Part shown: positions 58,122-64,000 of the stretch, piece by piece
Position numbering within the stretch: position 1 is the first letter of the stretch
Layout: every line of letters starts with the position of its first letter
NCBI GenBank assembly: GCA_963727255.1
Contig: CAVSFC010000002.1
Span: 1-64,000 of the forward strand
Direction: 5' to 3'
Length of the DNA stretch: 64,000 nt
DNA from: an uncultured bacterium
GTDB taxonomy: Bacteria; Babelota; Babeliae; Babelales; Vermiphilaceae
Notes under the pieces: model-generated
Told to the model about the DNA's origin: nothing
Databases searched by the model: none
What the model saw: the letters and a program-made list of their open reading frames with translations, nothing else
Made by a program: the position numbers and the translations under genes

Positions 58122-59039
58122 ATGTTTATAATTTTTCTTCTCTTCTTTTCATCATTCCTTTGCGCCACTGAAACGAGCAAATCAAAAATAATTGGCCTTA
58201 TTCCCATTCGTAATGAAGAAATAATGATCGAGCAATGCTTGCGGGGATTATCAATGCTTGTGGATGAAATTATCATTCTTGATGATGCTTCTACTGATAA
58301 TTCAGTTTCCATTATTGAATCACTTGCCAAAGAATGCAAAGTCACGGAAATTATTCGAAAAAAAGAATGGTACCGGGATGAACCCGGCGATAGAAATGCT
58401 CTTCTCAATGCAGGCAGAACGCATGGTGGCACACATTTTGTGGTCATTGATGCGGATGAAATGTTTACGGCCAATTGCTTGGATAATAATTTTCTACGTA
58501 ATGCTATTCTTGTTCTGCAACCAGGCGACATATTAATAATGAATTGGATTCAGCTTTGGAAAAGCGTTGATTATTATCGCTTTGATGATTCGGTATGGAC
58601 CTATAATTATAAGCCATTTATTTTTTGCGATAATCCGAATGCATATTATTCTTCTGAATTCCTTCATACTCCGCGAATTCCTTATAATTTAAGAGGCAAA
58701 TATTATCAAATCGGAGGGTATACTTATGGGCTCATGCATTTTCAATTTGTTAACTTTGATAATGTGATCATGAAACATTGCTGGTATCGGTGCCTTGAGC
58801 GCATTCGTACCAAAAAATCTGGCCAGGAAATTAATGCTATTTATGATTGGTTTAAACCACAAAATGTTCATTTAGAACCATCGCCCCGCCAATGGTTCGA
58901 TAATTATTCTTTTTTTGATCCTTCAATTTTTACCAGAGAAGAAAAGTGGCGCAAGGCCCAAATTAAAGAATGGCTCGCTCAGTATGGAGCCGATTTCTTC
59001 AAGGATATTGATATATGGTTTATAGACTGGTCAAAATAA
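58122..59039 (+). CDS. GT2-like glycosyltransferase with signal peptide
   Basis: IRNEE, LDDASTD, RNALL, VIDADE, LMHFQF; start 58122 or 58092. Confidence 0.85.
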   Translation: MFIIFLLFFSSFLCATETSKSKIIGLIPIRNEEIMIEQCLRGLSMLVDEIIILDDASTDNSVSIIESLAKECKVTEIIRKKEWYRDEPGDRNALLNAGRTHGGTHFVVIDADEMFTANCLDNNFLRNAILVLQPGDILIMNWIQLWKSVDYYRFDDSVWTYNYKPFIFCDNPNAYYSSEFLHTPRIPYNLRGKYYQIGGYTYGLMHFQFVNFDNVIMKHCWYRCLERIRTKKSGQEINAIYDWFKPQNVHLEPSPRQWFDNYSFFDPSIFTREEKWRKAQIKEWLAQYGADFFKDIDIWFIDWSK

Positions 59040-60073
59040 GTATATTTTTTATTTTTTGTTCAAATCTGGCATCCGAAAAGTTTTCTCTGATTTCAACTCT
59101 TCCTAATGGGAAATTACTAACGAACGATTCTATAGATGATATTCATGTTATTTACGATATCAAGAAACATGATCCAATACTGCTTAATGAATTAGAAAAA
59201 CTACCAGTAACCATACATTTTCATTATGACCAATTCAGCCTGGAACGCTGCATGCATATTGCACAAACTGTGTGCAAGCAAAAACAGGTGTTGCTTGATA
59301 TTGATACTGATCATTCACAGAATGCCTCTATTAGATATTCTTGCGGAAAAAATCTTCGAGTAAGTTTAATTACTTCTTTATATAAGGCAGATGAGTTTGT
59401 TGTTGATTTTATGAAAAACATGGTTGAACAAAGCATTTTTAGTTCAACAGAATTAATTATCATCAATGCCCATTCTCCGGGAAATGAAGAGCATGAAATT
59501 CTGCGGTATTTAAGAGACTACCCAAATATTATCTATATCAGACTCCCCTATGACCCAGGACTTTATGCTATTTGGAATATGGGCGTCCGCTATGCACATG
59601 CCCCATTAATCGGCAATGCTAATCTTGATGACCGCAGAGATCTTTATTCGCTTGAAGAACAGGTAAAAATATTAGAGGAACATCCTGAATATGATCTTGC
59701 TTATTGTGATTTTTGCATCACGCAAAAACCAAATGATCAATGGTATGAAATGTTTAACTTTCCGCGTACCAACATCCAACAATTTTCTAAAAAGGCCATA
59801 GAATATTGTCTGCCGGGCCCCCAACCAGTTTGGCGCAGATCAATGCATGAAAAATATGGGCCGTTTAGAGAAGATTTTGTATCATCTGCGGATCAAGAAA
59901 TGTGGTGCCGCGCAGTTGATAAAGGATCACAATTTATAAAAGTAAATTGCATCTCCGGCGTCTATTATCTAAATCCAAAAGGAATCTCAACCGAAGTTAA
60001 TAGCCCAAGAGCCCAACAGAGGGCTTTAGAAAATTCTTATATTTGGTGTCTTTACCATCATTTATGGTCGTAA
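59015..60073 (+). CDS. GT2 glycosyltransferase
   Basis: VSLITSLYK, ELIIINAHS, GLYAIWN, NANLDD, PGPQPVWRRSMH, SADQEMW. Confidence 0.85.
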   Translation: MVYRLVKISIFFIFCSNLASEKFSLISTLPNGKLLTNDSIDDIHVIYDIKKHDPILLNELEKLPVTIHFHYDQFSLERCMHIAQTVCKQKQVLLDIDTDHSQNASIRYSCGKNLRVSLITSLYKADEFVVDFMKNMVEQSIFSSTELIIINAHSPGNEEHEILRYLRDYPNIIYIRLPYDPGLYAIWNMGVRYAHAPLIGNANLDDRRDLYSLEEQVKILEEHPEYDLAYCDFCITQKPNDQWYEMFNFPRTNIQQFSKKAIEYCLPGPQPVWRRSMHEKYGPFREDFVSSADQEMWCRAVDKGSQFIKVNCISGVYYLNPKGISTEVNSPRAQQRALENSYIWCLYHHLWS

Positions 60074-60762
60074 ATCTTTTTGTTTATATAAATCTCATCC
60101 GCCCCACCAAGAATCGTAATGAACTGAAAATTTTTTGATTCTAAAAATTTTCTAATTTCTGAAGTTCCATAATTATTCTCAACCGTAATTGCATAAATAT
60201 AGAATTTTTCATAATTTATTGATTTCAAAATGTTAATTTCTCCACCCTCAGTATCAAGCGAAAGAAAATCAATATAATAAATGTTATATTTTTCAAGTTC
60301 AGGGTTCAATAGACAACAGGGCACTTCAATAAGTCTTGCAGATCCCCCCATACATTCAATTTCACGCCTGATTCTTTCAATATGACGAGGATCGTAAAGC
60401 GCTTCAATGCCGCTCAACATTTGGCTATAACCAGTTACTTCTCGAAATAAAACAGTACCAATGGTGTCTGCGGAAACACATTTATTTATACAAATGCAGT
60501 TTCTATTTTTTTCTAGCTCTTTAAAAACAGTCGGCAATGGCTCAAAGCAAATTCCATGCCAACCAAGCTCTTTTTCAAAAAACCATGTGTTACTTAGGCT
60601 TATGCCATCATGTGCGCCAATATCGATAAAAATACCATTTCTTTTATTTTTAAAATAAAACTCATTAAGAAACTGATCCTGGCCAACTTGGCTTTTGTAA
60701 TTTGTTGCTTGACTATTGAGCATTATGCTCAGCGAAAGTATGGAAAAATAAATAAGTTTCAC
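60058..60762 (-). CDS. FkbM-family methyltransferase with signal peptide
   Basis: SQVGQD, FIDIGAHDG..SNT, GICFEP, IDFLSLDTEGGE, ITVENN. Confidence 0.88.
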   Translation of the reverse strand: MKLIYFSILSLSIMLNSQATNYKSQVGQDQFLNEFYFKNKRNGIFIDIGAHDGISLSNTWFFEKELGWHGICFEPLPTVFKELEKNRNCICINKCVSADTIGTVLFREVTGYSQMLSGIEALYDPRHIERIRREIECMGGSARLIEVPCCLLNPELEKYNIYYIDFLSLDTEGGEINILKSINYEKFYIYAITVENNYGTSEIRKFLESKNFQFITILGGADEIYINKKIYDHK

Positions 60763-60765
60763 GAA

Positions 60766-61725
60766 CTATCCTTGCAATTGTTTAAATACAATCTCATCAA
60801 TAACAATTTCTCCATTTATTAGACTGGCATGCCATGGAGCTAAGAGCACCATATAATCAACAATTTTTTCAGCCATTATTGAAAAATGAGAATCAGATCT
60901 AATTAAACAATCAAATTGCATCAATGAAAAAAAATCTTCCAATACGTTCACATTATGCTTATTTCCATGCATTCTGCAATCAAAAGTAATCTGATCATTA
61001 TTTACGATTTCTTGAAAATACTGCGCTATTTCTAAGGGATTATCATGATCGGTGAAAACATAGACATATATTCTTTGATTGGGAAATAATTCAGCAATTT
61101 TAAGTAAACTGTCAGAATAAAATGATAATGGTGGCCATTTTAATGGTTGCCATTTAATCATATCATCATAAGTTTGCCCAGATAAAAGATCGAACCCCGT
61201 TCCAACCCTAACATGCACTGCAACGGTTACACAATCAGAGGGAAGTTCCAACAAATTTAATGGGCAAATTGGTTTGATCATTATTTGTAATTCTTTTCTG
61301 AAAACCGAATTTCCCCAATCAACATCAAAAAGATACGGATTTCTTGGACAATTGCGCTCGTATACTGATTCAGGAAAAAAGGGAATTACATACAGCAAAT
61401 CTGCATCTGGGTCAATTTTTCCTTTTACCTCTTTATAAGAAACTATTCCCTTAAACTCACTCGATTTCTCTTGGGACCAATGTATTTCATGCTCGTGCAT
61501 CATTAAGTGATCAGAATAGGGGAAAGGTATATAGAGCAAAGGAATATCATAGAGACAAGAAATATATTTTGCACGGGTATATGATAATAGATTATCCCCG
61601 AATCTGCCACCACTAAAGGTGTAGGTCACAGCACTTCTAGCAATAGCTAGATGATGTATAAAAAAACAGAAAAAAATAATAAAAAAATATGATGATTTGT
61701 TTAAAAGTTGTTTGTGCGTAGTCAA
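60766..61725 (-). CDS. GT11-like glycosyltransferase with signal peptide
   Basis: GGRFGDNL, VAVHVRVG, YVFTDHD, FDCLIRSDSHFS. Confidence 0.7.
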   Translation of the reverse strand: MTTHKQLLNKSSYFFIIFFCFFIHHLAIARSAVTYTFSGGRFGDNLLSYTRAKYISCLYDIPLLYIPFPYSDHLMMHEHEIHWSQEKSSEFKGIVSYKEVKGKIDPDADLLYVIPFFPESVYERNCPRNPYLFDVDWGNSVFRKELQIMIKPICPLNLLELPSDCVTVAVHVRVGTGFDLLSGQTYDDMIKWQPLKWPPLSFYSDSLLKIAELFPNQRIYVYVFTDHDNPLEIAQYFQEIVNNDQITFDCRMHGNKHNVNVLEDFFSLMQFDCLIRSDSHFSIMAEKIVDYMVLLAPWHASLINGEIVIDEIVFKQLQG

Positions 61726-61909
61726 TCTTTTTTCTCCCTACCTTTTTCAATGTAGTTTAAATATATCCAATATTTTCATATTACTTCTTTAAGCTGTCAA
61801 CATCAAATTTGAGCATCGCCCTTCTCTTTGTAAATCTGTCAAAAAAAGCGCAAAGTTAAAGAAAAAATATTTGTCAAAAATAAGAATTGGGAAATAAGGA
61901 GCCTCTCTC

Positions 61910-62251
61910 ATGAAAAAAATTATCAGTTTTCTCTTATTGATGAGCGCAAGTCTATTAGCTACATCCTCCCCTAAAAACGCGGAAAAAGAAGTGATCCTTG
62001 CTGGGCTTTTAAATTACAATGATCCCAAAACATGGTTATTATCATATCCCCGCTCGGGCAATACGTGGATTCGCTATTGTTTGGAGTTTTTTACCGAACG
62101 GCCCACGCTTGCTTCCTCTTTCGTGGATGAGAAAAATGAGCCCCTCGACTGGCTTGCCGGACTTAATATCGATTTCAACAAACCACCGATAGAAAAAACG
62201 TACAGTCTTGTAGTACGCATAATTTTTTACCATTTTTTCTCCCTTTTTTAG
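61910..62251 (+). pseudogene. Truncated PAPS-dependent sulfotransferase (N-terminal fragment with signal peptide)
   Basis: AAGGAG RBS; 5'-PSB motif LLSYPRSGNTWIRY; only 113 aa with no 3'-PB motif and an AT-rich, non-protein-like tail. Confidence 0.65.
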
Positions 62252-62330
62252 GAGAGAAAGGCTTCCTTTTTTTGTTAATCTATCCAAAAATTGCTATGAT
62301 AAAAAATGTTTCAAAAAAAGGAATATCACT

Positions 62331-63425
62331 ATGATTTTATCCTGCAAAACATTTCTCTTGGTTGCACTGTTGGTTACCCAAAGCGCACTATTATCTGGTA
62401 ACGAAAAAACTGCACTTATTTTCGGCATAACAGGGCAAGATGGCGCATATCTTGCAGAGTTTCTTCTGAATAAAGGTTACACCGTTCATGGGGTGAAAAG
62501 AAGATCGTCTTCATTTAATACTCAACGTGTTGATCACTTATATCATGATCAACACGAAGGTGGTCCCAATCTTTTTCTCCATTATGGCGATCTATCTGAT
62601 AGTGCGTGCATCGCAAAACTGATCAACGAAATTCTACCAGACGAAGTGTATAATTTGGCTGCCCAAAGCCATGTACGAGTTTCCTTCGATATTCCCGAAT
62701 ACACTGCCGACATTGACGCTCTAGGTGCTTTGCGTATTTTAGAGGCAATCAAAAATGCTCCCAAAAAAATAAAATATTATCAGGCATCCAGTAGTGAAAT
62801 GTTCGGAAAAGTTCAAGAAATTCCGCAATCAGAAACAACTCCATTTTATCCCCGTTCGCCGTATGGCTGTGCTAAAGTATTCGCTTACTGGATCACCATT
62901 AATTTTCGTGAAGCTTATGACATTTTTGCCGTTAATGGGATTCTCTTTAATCATGAATCGCCCATTCGTGGTGAAACGTTTGTAACTCGTAAAGTTAGTC
63001 GTTCAATTGCGCGAATCCACAATGGTCAACAAGAAATCCTTTATCTTGGAAATCTTGATGCAAAAAGAGATTGGGGTTATGCAAAAGATTATGTTGAGGC
63101 AATGTGGCTAATGTTACAACAAGATCAACCCGATGATTATGTTATTGCGACTGGTGAGACACATTCAGTTAGGGAGTTTGTAGAGCTCGCATTTAAAGAA
63201 ATAGGAGTCGAAATTGAATGGCATGGCAGCGGCACGAATGAACAAGGAAAAGATAAAAAAACCGGCAAAACCCTGATAGCGATAGATCCAGTATACTTTA
63301 GACCAACTGAGGTAGATGTATTGATTGGTGATGCCACTAAGGCCGCAAAAAAATTAAATTGGAGGCCAAAAACAGATTTTAAAGAACTTGTAAAATTAAT
63401 GGTCGCTGCCGATCTACAACTTTGA
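62331..63425 (+). CDS. gmd: GDP-mannose 4,6-dehydratase with N-terminal signal-like extension
   Basis: [75 protein letters not shown]. Confidence 0.95.
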   Translation: MILSCKTFLLVALLVTQSALLSGNEKTALIFGITGQDGAYLAEFLLNKGYTVHGVKRRSSSFNTQRVDHLYHDQHEGGPNLFLHYGDLSDSACIAKLINEILPDEVYNLAAQSHVRVSFDIPEYTADIDALGALRILEAIKNAPKKIKYYQASSSEMFGKVQEIPQSETTPFYPRSPYGCAKVFAYWITINFREAYDIFAVNGILFNHESPIRGETFVTRKVSRSIARIHNGQQEILYLGNLDAKRDWGYAKDYVEAMWLMLQQDQPDDYVIATGETHSVREFVELAFKEIGVEIEWHGSGTNEQGKDKKTGKTLIAIDPVYFRPTEVDVLIGDATKAAKKLNWRPKTDFKELVKLMVAADLQL

Positions 63426-63476
63426 ATTCTTTGTGGCAGTAAAGAATGAATACTAATAAAAAAACTATTTTGAAGA

Positions 63477-63596
63477 CCGTTCGCAGTGAGTAACACGAAG
63501 TACTTATTGAGCCTTATTGAACCCAAATGCCTATTATTTGAAAAACTCAAATAATCATTTATGGTTTCGATTCACTCCTTTGCTCACTAGGAACGG
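63477..63596. repeat. MITE/REP-like element with imperfect terminal inverted repeats
   Basis: CCGTTCGCAGTGAGT ... GCTCACTAGGAACGG; same end consensus as the 2572 and 47471 elements. Confidence 0.5.
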
Positions 63597-63617
63597 GCAA
63601 AGATAAGGGCTAAAGAA

Positions 63618-64000
63618 ATGAAAGCAAAAATAACACTATTATTGGCATTAATATTCGGTCTTAATATTGACTGCTCTGACCGCTGCATAACGGTCGCAAT
63701 TCTTGTTAAAGATAAAGCACACACATTGCCACTCTATCTTTCGTGCCTTGAACAACAGACATGGCCAAAATCAAAAACTTATTTATATATTCGCACCAAT
63801 AATAATCGGGATAATTCAGCAGAAATCTTACGCTCTTGGGTGAATAAGGTAAAAGATAAATATCTAGATATATTTTTTGATGATTCTGATGTGCAAGAAG
63901 AGATCACGCAATATAAACAACATGAATGGAACTGTACCCGTTTTAAAGTGCTCGGAAGAATACGGCAGGAATCTATAAATTGGGCACTTGCACATGATTC
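63618..64000 (+). CDS. GT-A glycosyltransferase resembling the N-terminal domain of procollagen galactosyltransferase (COLGALT/PLOD-type); runs off window
   Basis: Manual translation: MKAKITLLLALIFGLNIDCSDRCITVAILVKDKAHTLPLYLSCLEQQTWPKSKTYLYIRTNNNRDNSAEILRSWV...HEWNCTRFKVLGRIRQESINWA. Confidence 0.7.
   Translation, partial: MKAKITLLLALIFGLNIDCSDRCITVAILVKDKAHTLPLYLSCLEQQTWPKSKTYLYIRTNNNRDNSAEILRSWVNKVKDKYLDIFFDDSDVQEEITQYKQHEWNCTRFKVLGRIRQESINWALAHD

Overview
AT-rich bacterial chromosome segment. The gene style suggests Candidatus Dependentiae/Babelota (TM6), a protist-associated intracellular lineage, but this is inference. The left part (1-11.4 kb) is housekeeping: a PLP-dependent D-cysteine desulfhydrase-family gene, a D-Ala-D-Ala dipeptidase with a palindromic element inserted in frame, a complete minus-strand rRNA operon (16S-tRNAIle-tRNAAla-23S-5S) and prfB. 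From 11.4 to 17.7 kb lie a TPR glycosyltransferase, an outer-membrane beta-barrel and three secreted beta-propeller proteins that share a C-terminal FN3-like domain. From 17.8 to 43.2 kb is a ~25 kb minus-strand array of secreted fibre-like proteins with delta-60-type propellers. It includes two giant paralogues with nearly proline-free (Gly-Ser-Thr)n collagen-like stalks, YadA-like beta-roll repeats and BclA/C1q-like tips. One is intact (2111 aa) and the other carries many frameshifts. Head-to-head with this array is a >20 kb glycan-tailoring cluster: GT2, two DXD-type GT6, GT11-like enzymes, a COLGALT-like GT, six methyltransferases, a sulfotransferase fragment, Gmd, a PseB/CapD-like dehydratase and a plant-type NRS/ER. 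Almost every enzyme in it, including the normally cytosolic nucleotide-sugar enzymes, has an N-terminal signal-peptide-like segment. The best candidate for a novel system is an exported or membrane-tethered, eukaryote/giant-virus-like glycosylation line that decorates giant Gly-Ser-Thr collagen fibres. All family assignments come from motif recognition, not database searches.
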